Part shown: one piece after another, positions 9,781-20,946 of the stretch
Layout of the letters: each line of letters begins with the position of its first letter
Numbering within the stretch: position 1 is the stretch's first letter
From: Patescibacteria group bacterium
GTDB taxonomy: Bacteria > Patescibacteriota > Patescibacteriia > UBA9570 > JAHJKD01
NCBI GenBank assembly: GCA_043798935.1
Contig: JAZDOC010000002.1
Coordinates: 20,874 to 84,873 of the forward strand
Length of the DNA stretch: 64,000 bases
Direction of reading: 5' to 3'
Notes under the pieces: model-generated
What the model saw: only the letters and a program-made list of their open reading frames with translations
The model's database searches: none
What the model was told of the DNA's origin: nothing
Made by a program: the position numbers and the translations under genes

Positions 9781-10437
9781 ATGCTCCAATTCGATATACT
9801 AACAATCTTTCCTCAAATCCTCGACTCTTATTTTAATGAGAGTATTTTAAAAATCGCCCAAAAGAAAAATAAGATTAAAATAATAATTCACGATATTCGA
9901 TCGTTTGCCAAAGATAAACGCAAAACTACCGACGATACTCCTTATGGCGGTGGACCGGGCATGGTCATGAAAATCGAACCAATTCATGATTGCTTAAAAT
10001 CTATAAAACATAAGAAAAAAAGCAAAGTTTTTATTATGGATCCGGCCGGTGAAATATTTAATCAACAGACCGCCAAAAAATATTCGGAAAAATTAGATCA
10101 AATTATTTTTATTTGCGGTCGCTATGAAGGTTTTGATGAAAGAGTTTATAAACTAGCTGATGGTAAAATTTCTATCGGCCAATATGTATTATCTGGTGGC
10201 GAACTTCCAGCCATGATTATTACTGAAGCCATTACCCGTTTAATACCTGGCGTACTAGGGCATGAGCACAGCATACTAGACGAAACCTTTTCACCTGATT
10301 TAGACTATATAGAATATCCGCAATATACTCGACCGGAAACATACAAAATCGGCAATAAAACATACAAAGTTCCGCCAATTTTATTATCCGGTAACCATGA
10401 GAAGATAAATCTTTGGCGCAAAAAAAATGCTAAATAA
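9781..10437 (+). CDS. trmD: tRNA (guanine37-N1)-methyltransferase TrmD
   Basis: MLQFDILTIFPQ… and YGGGPGMVMK are canonical TrmD. The track ORF starts at 9739 but the conserved N-terminus begins at the ATG at 9781. Confidence 0.85.
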   Translation: MLQFDILTIFPQILDSYFNESILKIAQKKNKIKIIIHDIRSFAKDKRKTTDDTPYGGGPGMVMKIEPIHDCLKSIKHKKKSKVFIMDPAGEIFNQQTAKKYSEKLDQIIFICGRYEGFDERVYKLADGKISIGQYVLSGGELPAMIITEAITRLIPGVLGHEHSILDETFSPDLDYIEYPQYTRPETYKIGNKTYKVPPILLSGNHEKINLWRKKNAK

Positions 10438-10860
10438 TGTAACGACCTAGCTTGTCTAGGTCCGCTTACTTGGATCTTGTCTTGATTAAATAATGCTGTT
10501 GATAACTTGTTATTAATAAGATAATTTAAATACTTGACATAATTTAAGAAATCGATTAGGATAATAAAGCGGTTAATTTTATCCGTTTTTACAATAAAAA
10601 ACTACAAACGCTGAAATTAGTTAGAAAGCAACTCTAAGGTTTACTGGATCTATTTATAGAACTATTCGGAAAGTACTTTTTAACTGATTTCAGGGTTTTT
10701 ATTTTAACCTTGAATTAGCTAGTACTTTGACAACCAAATAAGTGACAAGAATTATATCATATTCTTCAATTCTTTTGACGATTTTCTAAAAATCGTTTAT
10801 TTACAATAAATTCCGGTAACAATATCTCTTCACAGAATGTTGTTACTTTATTTTTTTGCT

Positions 10861-12341
<1,481 letters not shown>

Positions 12342-12585
12342 AAGGAGTATAAAAATCCTGCTTCTTTAAAGAAGCAGCTGTCGCCAGTTTAGTTGTTTCG
12401 ACAATTATTCTGGGAGGTATAATTCTTGTCACCTTTTGGTTGTCAAAGCAACTGTGTATTTTTGCTGAGGCTGGATAATCCAGCCTTTTAAAATATTTAC
12501 AATCTTTGGTGTTTTTGGTAGACTATATCTTGTTTAAAATCAAGATATTAAAAATTGCTAATTGTAAAATTGAAAATCGTTATAC

Positions 12586-12659
12586 GGGCATATAGCTCAG
12601 TTGGTTAGAGCGCAGTCCTGATAAGACTGAGGTCCCTCGTTCGAATCGAGGTATGCCCA
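12586..12659 (+). tRNA. tRNA-Ile (anticodon GAT)
   Basis: Cloverleaf read by eye. Anticodon loop CTGATAA. Acceptor GGGCATA/TATGCCC. Confidence 0.85.
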
Positions 12660-12666
12660 CTGGTGA

Positions 12667-12739
12667 GCCGCGGTAGCTCAGCGGTAGAGCAAGGGACTGA
12701 AAATCTCTGTGTCGGTGGTTCGACTCCGCCCCGCGGCAC
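12667..12739 (+). tRNA. tRNA-Phe (anticodon GAA)
   Basis: Near-identical to canonical bacterial tRNA-Phe (GCCGCGGTAGCTCAG…ACTGAAAATC…GGTTCGACTCCGCCCCGCGGCA). Confidence 0.85.
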
Positions 12740-12820
12740 CTGAAATTATTTGATTATTAATTTTCAATTTAATAATCAACCCTCATCGAAAATTGTGAAA
12801 TTGAAAATTGAAAATTATAT

Positions 12821-12896
12821 CGGGGTGTGGCCTAGTGGCTAAGGCGTTCGCTTTGGGAGCGAAAGATCGAGAGTTCAAGTCTCTCCACCCCGACCA
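12821..12896 (+). tRNA. tRNA-Pro (anticodon TGG)
   Basis: CGGGGTG…TTTGGGA loop…CACCCCGACCA. CCA encoded. Confidence 0.8.
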
Positions 12897-12898
12897 TT

Positions 12899-12972
12899 GC
12901 GGGTGTCGTATAATGGTAATACCTCAGCTTTCCAAGCTGATGCCAGGGGTTCGATTCCCCTCACCCGCTCCA
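12899..12972 (+). tRNA. tRNA-Gly (anticodon TCC)
   Basis: GCGGGTG…CTTTCCAAG…GGTTCGATTCCCCTCACCCGCTCCA. Confidence 0.8.
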
Positions 12973-12975
12973 GAT

Positions 12976-13050
12976 GGCGTGGTAGCCAAGTGGTAAGGCA
13001 ACGGTTTGCAAAACCGTTATGCGTCGGTTCAAATCCGTCCCACGCCTCCA
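12976..13050 (+). tRNA. tRNA-Cys (anticodon GCA)
   Basis: GGCGTGG…TTGCAAA loop…GGTTCAAATCCGTCCCACGCCTCCA. Confidence 0.8.
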
Positions 13051-13084
13051 AAAAAACATCATTGAATATTTTAGTAGCATCTGC

Positions 13085-14590
13085 ATGCTTATAAATACAA
13101 TTAAAAAGTTTACCCAAAAAATTAATTTCAAATTACTATTGCTTTTAGTTTTAGCTTTAATTATTAGATTGGTAATTCATTCAATCCGCGATTTATGGTG
13201 GGATGAAGTTTTTACTAGTTACTTAGTTAATCAACATTGGTTAAAAATGTTCGATATAATTATTCGCGATGTTCACCCTCCTCTGTATTATATTTTTTTG
13301 AAAATTTGGTGCTTCTTTTTTGGTATTTCTCCGCTAGGTTTACGCTCCTTTTCGATACTATGCGGATTAATTTTAATTACTATTGTATATTCATTCATTT
13401 CAAAAATTACTAATAATAAAAAGATAAGCTATATTATAGCTTTTATTTTGGCAATCAATCCTTTTTTTGTCGACTATTCTCTGGAAGCTCGCCCTTACAT
13501 GCTTTCCACATTACTGGCTAGTTTAACTTTATATTTTTTCTATTTAGCTCTCACAAACCAAGCACTTAAAACAAAAAAATATTGGCTGTCTACCACTACT
13601 TGTCTGGGATTATTATTTTTAACTCATTATCTAACTTCGATGATCATTGCTATCTTTCTAATATTTATTTATATTTACTATTTTATTAATCAAACACGGC
13701 AAACAGTTAAACAAAAAATAATTCATCTTATAACAATTTCTATTCCGGCTGGGGCATTATTTTTCGCATGGCTTCCTGGTTATATTGCGCAATCAAAAAT
13801 TAGTGGCACACCACAATGGATTCCACAACTAGGTTTAGGCAGATTTGTTATTGCCACTTACGGATTTTTATTCGGTGTTTACAGTAATTATTTGGGCCTG
13901 CCCGGAGTGAGGCAGCTGCTTGCAAATAGTAATTCATCCTTTATAATCGGCGCTATAATATTAATATTAATTTTTATTGGTAGTATTGTTGTATTTAAAT
14001 CTAAAAATAATTATCTTAAAACAATCGCTTTGCTTTCCTTTTTGTTATGGATCGTACCGATGCTATCGTTGTTAACTTTATCGACTTTTAACATTACAAA
14101 TTTATTTGTAGAACGTTATGTTATCACCTCGGCTTTTTTCTTTATAATTTGCATTGCCTTAATCTTAAGTGTGATCAACAAAAAAACGCTTTATGCTATT
14201 GTGATTATCTATGCTCTGTTAATCGCAAGAATCTATATCACGGCTTACCCTATAAACCACGATTATACGCAAGTCGCCAGTTTCGTCCAACAAAATTTCA
14301 AAGTTAATAATAACAATGTTTATGTTACAGCCGTTAATGATTTTGAGATCATGAGATATTATTTAAGAAACACTGATATCAAAATCTATTTATACGATAC
14401 AAAATATAACTCGGTGAGTAATGCATATAATAATGAGTACGAAGGTTATAAAATTATTCAGCCCACTGAAATAGCTGTTAGTCCTGACGTACTACGATCC
14501 AATGATATTATTATTGCTAATAATAATATCAGTAATGTTCAATTTAGCAGTATTTATTCTTTTTATAACTGGAAAATTTTAACGAAATAA
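13085..14590 (+). CDS. GT-C fold membrane glycosyltransferase (ArnT/PMT-like, GT39/GT83 family), paralog 1
   Basis: ~12 TM helices. First-loop RDLWWDE(V)FTSY motif with conserved DE pair typical of ArnT/PMT_2 enzymes. The track ORF start at 13019 overlaps tRNA-Cys; the likely start is the ATG at 13085. Confidence 0.6.
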   Translation: MLINTIKKFTQKINFKLLLLLVLALIIRLVIHSIRDLWWDEVFTSYLVNQHWLKMFDIIIRDVHPPLYYIFLKIWCFFFGISPLGLRSFSILCGLILITIVYSFISKITNNKKISYIIAFILAINPFFVDYSLEARPYMLSTLLASLTLYFFYLALTNQALKTKKYWLSTTTCLGLLFLTHYLTSMIIAIFLIFIYIYYFINQTRQTVKQKIIHLITISIPAGALFFAWLPGYIAQSKISGTPQWIPQLGLGRFVIATYGFLFGVYSNYLGLPGVRQLLANSNSSFIIGAIILILIFIGSIVVFKSKNNYLKTIALLSFLLWIVPMLSLLTLSTFNITNLFVERYVITSAFFFIICIALILSVINKKTLYAIVIIYALLIARIYITAYPINHDYTQVASFVQQNFKVNNNNVYVTAVNDFEIMRYYLRNTDIKIYLYDTKYNSVSNAYNNEYEGYKIIQPTEIAVSPDVLRSNDIIIANNNISNVQFSSIYSFYNWKILTK

Positions 14591-14617
14591 TTAAACTTTT
14601 AACTGCCCAGCGACACT

Positions 14618-16141
14618 ATGCTGAAAAATAAGATACAACAATCAATGAAAAAGATGAATGTATATTTATTGTTCATTGTAATTCTAGGGGCTTTGGTAAG
14701 ATTAGCAATACACTTCACTCGCGACCTCTGGGTAGACGAAATTTTTACGAGTTATTTAATGCAACAAAACTGGTGGCATATGTTTAGTATTATTATTCAT
14801 GATGTGCACCCGCCGTTGTATTATATTTTATTAAAAATTTGGACTTTAATATTTGGAGTGTCGCCATTGGCTTTGCGTTCTTTTTCTTTAATATTTGGCT
14901 TAGCATTAATAGTAATGATTTTTTATTTAATAAAATTAATCTTTAAAAATAATTTTCTTAGTTATAGCGCTGCTTTCATTTTTGCCGTCAATCCTTTTTT
15001 CGCCGACTATTCCATTGAATCTAGGACATATATGTTATCCGCTTTATTAACCTGTTTAACTATTTATTTTTTCGCACGTGCTTGGCAGAAGCATAAAGAA
15101 ATAGTTTTTAGCAAAAACTGGCTGTATCTATCTATTTGCCTAGGCTTATTATTTTTAACGCATTATGTTATATCTGTAATTATTGCTATTAATTTATTAT
15201 TTATTTATATTGCAGTATTTATTAAAAATCGTCAGCACAAAATTAAAAGTAATCTATGGTTAATCTTTAAAATCTCGATTATCCCAGCCAGTATTCTTTT
15301 ATTGTGGCTACCCGCATTTGTAACACAAATGAAATTAAATACTTCGGCTTATTGGATTCCAAAAATGCATTTTAGTCGATTAGCAGTTTCAACCTACGCT
15401 TTTTTATTTGGCGTACAAAGCAATGCCATGGGATTACAAAACGTAAGAAACATCACAAATCATTCGCCATCTTTAATTATTGGCGCATTTATATTAATAG
15501 TTTTATTATTAAGTGCGATTTTGATTATTAAATGTATAAATAAAGCACTTAAAGTATATACAGGGTTAGCTCTGGCTTGTTGGTTAATGCCAATAATTAT
15601 ATTTTTAGCATTGTCGCGTTATGATATTGTTAATTTATATATCGAAAGATATTTTATTACCTCAGCAGTTTATTTTTTAATTTATGTAATTTTCATTTTA
15701 AGTTTAATGAATAAAAAACTTGTTATGGCCATTATGTTCTTATATTTAATTTTAGTAGGAACAATATATACTACCGCTTATACATCCGATTTGCGCTACT
15801 CGGCTTTGGCCACTAAAATCAAAAATGAATTTAGCGCATCTGATAATATTTACTTTACCGATATGAGTGATTTTCAAACCATACGCTATTATTTACGTAA
15901 TACTAATTTTAATATTTATTTTTACGATGATCAATATAATTCCAGCCAATTCGCTTATGATAATGAATATAAAGGTTACAAAATTATTCAGCCCGCTGAA
16001 ATAGCCACTAGTATTACTAAGCCGCAACCTAATGATATATTTATTACCACTAATGAAATAGATAATATTCAATTTAATAAAATTTGTGCTTTCCGAGACT
16101 GGCAAATACTAACAAAACAGACTAATAATACAAACTTTTAA
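14618..16141 (+). CDS. GT-C fold membrane glycosyltransferase (ArnT/PMT-like), paralog 2
   Basis: Roughly 60% identical to the upstream paralog over most of its length (RDLWVDEIFTSY…HDVHPPLYYILLKIW…). Same topology. Confidence 0.6.
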   Translation: MLKNKIQQSMKKMNVYLLFIVILGALVRLAIHFTRDLWVDEIFTSYLMQQNWWHMFSIIIHDVHPPLYYILLKIWTLIFGVSPLALRSFSLIFGLALIVMIFYLIKLIFKNNFLSYSAAFIFAVNPFFADYSIESRTYMLSALLTCLTIYFFARAWQKHKEIVFSKNWLYLSICLGLLFLTHYVISVIIAINLLFIYIAVFIKNRQHKIKSNLWLIFKISIIPASILLLWLPAFVTQMKLNTSAYWIPKMHFSRLAVSTYAFLFGVQSNAMGLQNVRNITNHSPSLIIGAFILIVLLLSAILIIKCINKALKVYTGLALACWLMPIIIFLALSRYDIVNLYIERYFITSAVYFLIYVIFILSLMNKKLVMAIMFLYLILVGTIYTTAYTSDLRYSALATKIKNEFSASDNIYFTDMSDFQTIRYYLRNTNFNIYFYDDQYNSSQFAYDNEYKGYKIIQPAEIATSITKPQPNDIFITTNEIDNIQFNKICAFRDWQILTKQTNNTNF

Positions 16142-16220
16142 AACACCGGCTTTTCCACCAATTGGATTATATTGACTAAATAGATAAAATCGTATAATAT
16201 ACCATTTGTCTATTGTTTAT

Positions 16221-16294
16221 GCGGGTATCGTATAGTGGCTATTATACATCCTTGCCAAGGATGAAAGGCGGGTTCAATTCCCGCTACCCGCTCC
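16221..16294 (+). tRNA. tRNA-Gly (anticodon GCC)
   Basis: GCGGGTA…CATCC-TTGCCAA-GGATG…GGTTCAATTCCCGCTACCCGCTCCA, followed by an A-tract/hairpin/T-tract. Confidence 0.75.
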
Positions 16295-16344
16295 AAAAAA
16301 ATCACGGTTTATTATCGTGTTTTTTGTTTTATCAATTTTACTAA

Positions 16345-17055
16345 TTACATCTTCTGTGATAACCCTAAATCTTTTTTAACGGTTTCATATTCAGCATATA
16401 ATAATTCTAAATACTGATTGCGCTTGGCTCTGTCTCTTACTGAAGAGTGGATTAAATCTTCAATATTATCATATATGGTTTTTATCATATGATCAACAAA
16501 AGCTTGATAATATGATTCGCCATTATATTGCACTTGCTCTTTAGCCACGATATTATCGGTATCGCCGATATAAAAATCCATTTTCCGGGATTTAGGATTA
16601 TAAAAATACATTAAACAATCATCAGCAAAGCCGATATCATGCTCATATGCTAACCGCACTTGCGCAAATAATTGTTTAACAAAATCTACAAAATTATCAA
16701 TAGAGTGCATTTCTATACTTCCTTGTTTACCACTGTCAACCTCTTTCTGGCCATCATTATCGGCCGGTGTCATCAAAATGCTATTTCTTTCTTTGTTTAA
16801 TCTGTATGTCGGAAAAACTTTTAATCCGGCATCTTTTGCTAACTGATATTTCTCTTGCGCGCGTTCAGCGTCGCCATCGTCAAAAAATCTTTTTTCATAA
16901 AAATCCATTACCTGCCCGCGATATTCAATTTGCACTTTATAAAGTTCACCAAATTGACCGCGTTTACCGGTCCGACGTTCTTTAAGAAGGTCAATTTGAC
17001 ATTCTCTCCTGCCGCCAGTCTTAGCAAAAAGCACTAATTTAGGTTCGCCATTCAT
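16345..17055 (-). CDS. Hypothetical protein (236 aa), compositionally atypical
   Basis: Long ORF; no family recognised. GC looks elevated relative to neighbours (by eye). Confidence 0.4.
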   Translation of the reverse strand: MNGEPKLVLFAKTGGRRECQIDLLKERRTGKRGQFGELYKVQIEYRGQVMDFYEKRFFDDGDAERAQEKYQLAKDAGLKVFPTYRLNKERNSILMTPADNDGQKEVDSGKQGSIEMHSIDNFVDFVKQLFAQVRLAYEHDIGFADDCLMYFYNPKSRKMDFYIGDTDNIVAKEQVQYNGESYYQAFVDHMIKTIYDNIEDLIHSSVRDRAKRNQYLELLYAEYETVKKDLGLSQKM

Positions 17056-17134
17056 AATTATATTTTTTAAATTACAGCATATCTATTTTAATAGTATAGA
17101 TGCAGGACGTCAATAAATATGCTAATATGTTTTT

Positions 17135-17599
17135 ATGAAAAATAATCAGTTTGATATAATTTTATACAATGTCAGATCTCGTTTTAATGTAGGATCTGTT
17201 TTTAGGACTGCCGATGGCGCCGGAGTTAATAAAATTTATCTGGGCGGAATCACGCCGACACCACCGCACTCGCGAATTGCAAAAGTTGCATTAGGAGCCG
17301 AAAATTTTGTGGCCTGGGAACAATGCAAACAAACTTGGCGTTTAATCGAAAAATTAAAAAAACAAGGCGTTTATATTATGGCCGTTGAACAAACGAAAAA
17401 GAGTATCGATTATCATAAATTTAAACCACAGTTTCCCTGTGCCATAGTTATGGGAAGTGAAACCAAGGGGCTACCACCACAAATATTAAAAAGATGCAAT
17501 GCTTTTATAGAAATTCCCATGCACGGCCAAAAGGAATCATTAAATGTAGCTACTGCTTGTGGTATAATTGCTTTTGAGCTGGCTAAATATACTGAATAA
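17135..17599 (+). CDS. SpoU/TrmH-family RNA 2'-O-methyltransferase (TrmL-like)
   Basis: SPOUT motifs NVGSVFRTADGAG, IVMGSETKGL and ESLNVATACGIIAFE. 154 aa. Confidence 0.75.
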   Translation: MKNNQFDIILYNVRSRFNVGSVFRTADGAGVNKIYLGGITPTPPHSRIAKVALGAENFVAWEQCKQTWRLIEKLKKQGVYIMAVEQTKKSIDYHKFKPQFPCAIVMGSETKGLPPQILKRCNAFIEIPMHGQKESLNVATACGIIAFELAKYTE

Positions 17600-17614
17600 T
17601 TAATTTACTATTAT

Positions 17615-18793
17615 ATGCATCATGAAGGAGAATCAAAAAAAGAGATAGCTGAAAGGACAAGCCGCTATAATAAAGACGGTTTAACAGTTGAAAGAATGCA
17701 AGAGATAATCGCGGAAATACTAACAATGAAAAAGGCTAATGATGCTGTTATTAATGGTAATGCTCCCGAAGCATCAAGAACTAGAATGGCGCCAGAGCAA
17801 GACATTTATTATACTCAACCCTCTGATCCACTGCGCTTAATGCAAGACGTTTTATCACAACCAGAATATTCGTTAGAAGGCAAAAAAGTTCTAACAGTTG
17901 CCGGCAGCGGTGATTTGCCATTATTTTTCTTAAGCATGGGGGCAGAACAAACAGATGCTTTTGATATTTCGGCTATTGCTTGTGTAATGACTGAAGCAAA
18001 GCTAACTGCTATAAAAAGCGACTGTCTTTCTTTGGAACAATATTCAGACATGTTTAAAATTCCAGACCTGTCAAATTTAGATGAACCTGAAAATCTGGAA
18101 ACAGCGCGTGTTTTTTTCCAAGCAGATAATTACGATGCGCTTGAACCGCTGCTGACGCCTCAAGCAAAACAATTTCTGCAATTAGCCACTGATCCGGAAA
18201 CACGAACATTATTGTTTTCTTACGACATGGAAAACATGGGTATGCCATATGAAGTATTTCGCGATCGGCAATACATGGGTGGCATTAAACTAGCTGACAT
18301 CATTCCTCTGCTCAGTAATCCGGAATTATTCGCAAAATACCAAAAATCTTTGCAGCGCCAAAGAAGCAGAATCAGAAAAAAAAGTTTATTCCATATGACT
18401 CGTCGTGATTTAGCTCCATATGATTATGTATTCGTCAGCAATATAGGCTTTGATAAAGCTAGCATTATTTTTGATCTAAAAAATATGTTGATGAAAGGGG
18501 TAAAAAGAATTGGTTTTACTATCCAAGCCGGTGGCCAACACAGGCAGGAAAATAAAAATATCATGGTAAATTGGAACGGCGAAGCATTGCCAGCTAACGA
18601 ACAACCAGTAAAAAATAATCAGCCTATAATTAATATGCTGGATCAAGATTTAATTCCCGGAACAACAGTCGAAATGTTTGGTGTGAATATAAGAATTTTA
18701 TGCCATGATAGTTCTTCGCCTACTATACCAGTTTATGCTGAAATGCGTGCTGAAGACAATGAGCATTTATTTTCAAAACAAAAAACTACTTAA
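17615..18793 (+). CDS. Hypothetical protein (392 aa); possible Rossmann/SAM-MTase-like segment (VLTVAGSGDLPL)
   Basis: No confident family. One glycine-rich motif reminiscent of MTase motif I. Confidence 0.35.
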   Translation: MHHEGESKKEIAERTSRYNKDGLTVERMQEIIAEILTMKKANDAVINGNAPEASRTRMAPEQDIYYTQPSDPLRLMQDVLSQPEYSLEGKKVLTVAGSGDLPLFFLSMGAEQTDAFDISAIACVMTEAKLTAIKSDCLSLEQYSDMFKIPDLSNLDEPENLETARVFFQADNYDALEPLLTPQAKQFLQLATDPETRTLLFSYDMENMGMPYEVFRDRQYMGGIKLADIIPLLSNPELFAKYQKSLQRQRSRIRKKSLFHMTRRDLAPYDYVFVSNIGFDKASIIFDLKNMLMKGVKRIGFTIQAGGQHRQENKNIMVNWNGEALPANEQPVKNNQPIINMLDQDLIPGTTVEMFGVNIRILCHDSSSPTIPVYAEMRAEDNEHLFSKQKTT

Positions 18794-19469
18794 TAACAAT
18801 CGGCGCTAAAAAAGTTTTAGCCTGCCAATATAAACACTTACTTGGCGGGTTTACATCAACAATTTTACTGAATATATTTTCGTTGGCAAAACCAGCATTT
18901 AATAATGCTTGCCTCTGTGCTTTACTATAATCTTTGGCTTCATCTGAATAATAAGTAAAAACTCCACCACTTTTTAATTTTTTAAAAGCCACGGGAAAAA
19001 ATTTCCAATTATCTTTATGTAATTCTTTAGCAGATAACGGATACGTATCGCACAAAATTCCATCAATACTGTCATCTAGTATCTGATCAATTACTTCCTG
19101 CCAAAAACCCTCTAAAATATAGGTGCGATTTTTAGCATTACAGGCAAACTCTCTGGCTCTTTCGGCCACAGAGTGATTGGCTTCAATAATAATATGTTTG
19201 TAAACATCGGCTTCGTCGATATATTCAGCCGCAATACCCATACCAAACCCAACTTCAATAATAACTCCATTATGGCTAGTGGCAATTTTCGCCAAAGTGC
19301 GCATGTACGGACGCTCCCATTCTTCAATCACAGGTTGATTATAAATGGATAATTTATTATTGCTATAAATAGCCGGTAATTTTTTCCAGTCTTGTTTTTG
19401 GCGTGGAAAACCAATATTAACTCGAGCTGTACGAGTATCTTTATTGTCCTGTAATTTTTTTGAGGGCAT
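18786..19469 (-). CDS. Class I SAM-dependent methyltransferase of the GAMT/RMT2-like (guanidino-group N-methyltransferase) family
   Basis: EEWERPYMRTLA and VIIEVGFGMGIAAE resemble the guanidinoacetate N-methyltransferase fold motifs (W-E-x-PYM; motif I). Confidence 0.5.
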   Translation of the reverse strand: MPSKKLQDNKDTRTARVNIGFPRQKQDWKKLPAIYSNNKLSIYNQPVIEEWERPYMRTLAKIATSHNGVIIEVGFGMGIAAEYIDEADVYKHIIIEANHSVAERAREFACNAKNRTYILEGFWQEVIDQILDDSIDGILCDTYPLSAKELHKDNWKFFPVAFKKLKSGGVFTYYSDEAKDYSKAQRQALLNAGFANENIFSKIVDVNPPSKCLYWQAKTFLAPIVIK

Positions 19470-19520
19470 AAATAACGTTAATTATTACCCAACGGCTTTT
19501 AATAATATTTAAATTAGTTG

Positions 19521-19605
19521 TGCCGCGGGAGAGAATCGAACTCTCACGGGTTTTAAGCCCATTGGATTTTAAGTCCAACGTGTATACCAGTTTCACCACC
19601 GCGGC
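19521..19605 (-). tRNA. tRNA-Leu (anticodon TAA), long variable arm
   Basis: Reverse complement GCCGCGGTGGTGAAACTGGT…TTGGA-CTTAAAA-TCCAA-TGGGCTTAAAACCCGTG-AGAGTTCGATTCTCTCCCGCGGCA. 85 nt. Confidence 0.8.
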
Positions 19606-19657
19606 GTTTATTTTTCAATTAAACACAAATTATATTTTACTGAATTTTACAGAATTG

Positions 19658-20437
19658 TCAAATCTTTTTAGCTTTGATAATTTGCAATATTTTACTATGA
19701 ACTTTTTTGTTGGAAGCTACAAGGCCATTATAAGCGATGCGCCGAGGATCACCATGAAAGTCCGTCACTTTACCGCCAGCCTCTTTAACCATTAGCACTC
19801 CGGCGGCGACGTCCCATATTCTGACCGGTGGAGTGATAATTTGTGCCTCTACTCTGCCAGCAGCCACAAATGCTAACTCGAGGGCTGAAGAACCAAAATG
19901 ACGCATAGAACGAGCTTCAAATTCAAACTGCTGATAGGCGGCAACAGCCCGCCGCAATGAACTTTTATCATGTGAGTATGCGAAAGTAAGAAAAGAATCG
20001 CGTAAATTTCCTTCGTTTGAAACGTGCATTCTTTCTTCATTGCGATAAGCGCCTTTTCCCTTTTCAGCCACAAATAATTCGCGTGTATATGGTGCGTATA
20101 TTAAACCTAAAATTGGTTCACCCTTTTTTAATAAAGCTAAAGTTATACAAAAATAGGTATGGCGCATAATATAATTTGTTGTACCGTCTAGTGGATCGAT
20201 CACCCACATGTAATCACTATTTTTCTTTTTACGGAAGCCCTCTTCTTCAGATAAAATTGAGTAGTCTGGAAATGCTTCTTTAATTTTACGTACCATAAAT
20301 TTATCGACATCTAAATCACTCTTAGTGACCAGCTCTCTTTTTTTCTTAAAACGAATTTGTTCGGGTTGTAATTTCCGAAAATCTCTCATCAATATATTAC
20401 CTGCTCTTAAAACTAACCCCACGGCAAACTCTTTCAT
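19658..20437 (-). CDS. suhB: Inositol monophosphatase family protein (SuhB-like)
   Basis: WVIDPLDGTTNY metal-binding motif. 259 aa. Confidence 0.75.
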   Translation of the reverse strand: MKEFAVGLVLRAGNILMRDFRKLQPEQIRFKKKRELVTKSDLDVDKFMVRKIKEAFPDYSILSEEEGFRKKKNSDYMWVIDPLDGTTNYIMRHTYFCITLALLKKGEPILGLIYAPYTRELFVAEKGKGAYRNEERMHVSNEGNLRDSFLTFAYSHDKSSLRRAVAAYQQFEFEARSMRHFGSSALELAFVAAGRVEAQIITPPVRIWDVAAGVLMVKEAGGKVTDFHGDPRRIAYNGLVASNKKVHSKILQIIKAKKI

Positions 20438-20928
20438 AAATTATAAAATTTTACTTGATCTTGTTTGGTATCGTAAACGGCTAGCGATGGCGTTGAAAAA
20501 ACGCCACCGGCTGAACCGGGATTAATTAATAAATAATTGTCTTGTCGAAGCTCTTTGATTTCATGCGTATGCCCATAACACAAAATTTTATAATTATCAT
20601 CTTTTTCAGACAACGCCATCACTTCTTCTATCTGGTGACTAACATAAAATGTTTTATCGTCAATTTTTATTTGGGCATGAAAGTCATATTCTTTAATTTG
20701 CGCATATTTAGAAGCTAACATTTTCATGGATTCGATATCAGTATCCATGTTGCCAAATATTATATAAAGATCGCCAATATATTCTTTGGCAATTTTATCG
20801 AGCGTTTTAACAGTGCAAATATCACCAGCAATAATGAGCTGGTTAATCTTATTTTGTTTTAAAAGATTATTAATTTTTCGCCAATTTACTATATTATCGT
20901 GTAAATCAGCCATGATTGCTACTTGCAT
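20434..20928 (-). CDS. Calcineurin-like metallophosphoesterase (YfcE/MJ0936 family)
   Basis: MQVAIMADLHDN… GDI… GNMD… GHTH motifs. 4-nt overlap with suhB, suggesting an operon. Confidence 0.65.
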   Translation of the reverse strand: MQVAIMADLHDNIVNWRKINNLLKQNKINQLIIAGDICTVKTLDKIAKEYIGDLYIIFGNMDTDIESMKMLASKYAQIKEYDFHAQIKIDDKTFYVSHQIEEVMALSEKDDNYKILCYGHTHEIKELRQDNYLLINPGSAGGVFSTPSLAVYDTKQDQVKFYNL

Positions 20929-20946
20929 ATTAGTAATAATTATACT

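Noticed and set aside
12541-12820. GAAAATT(G) short tandem repeats in the tRNA spacers
   Set aside because: Only 2-3 imperfect copies in AT-rich spacers, probably simple slippage. Not reported as a feature.
12808-13117. ORFs 12808-12996, 12897-13094 and 12875-13117
   Set aside because: They overlap the tRNA-Pro/Gly/Cys genes. Spurious.
19520-19795. 91-aa plus-strand ORF
   Set aside because: It overlaps the tRNA-Leu gene and the suhB 3' end. Spurious.
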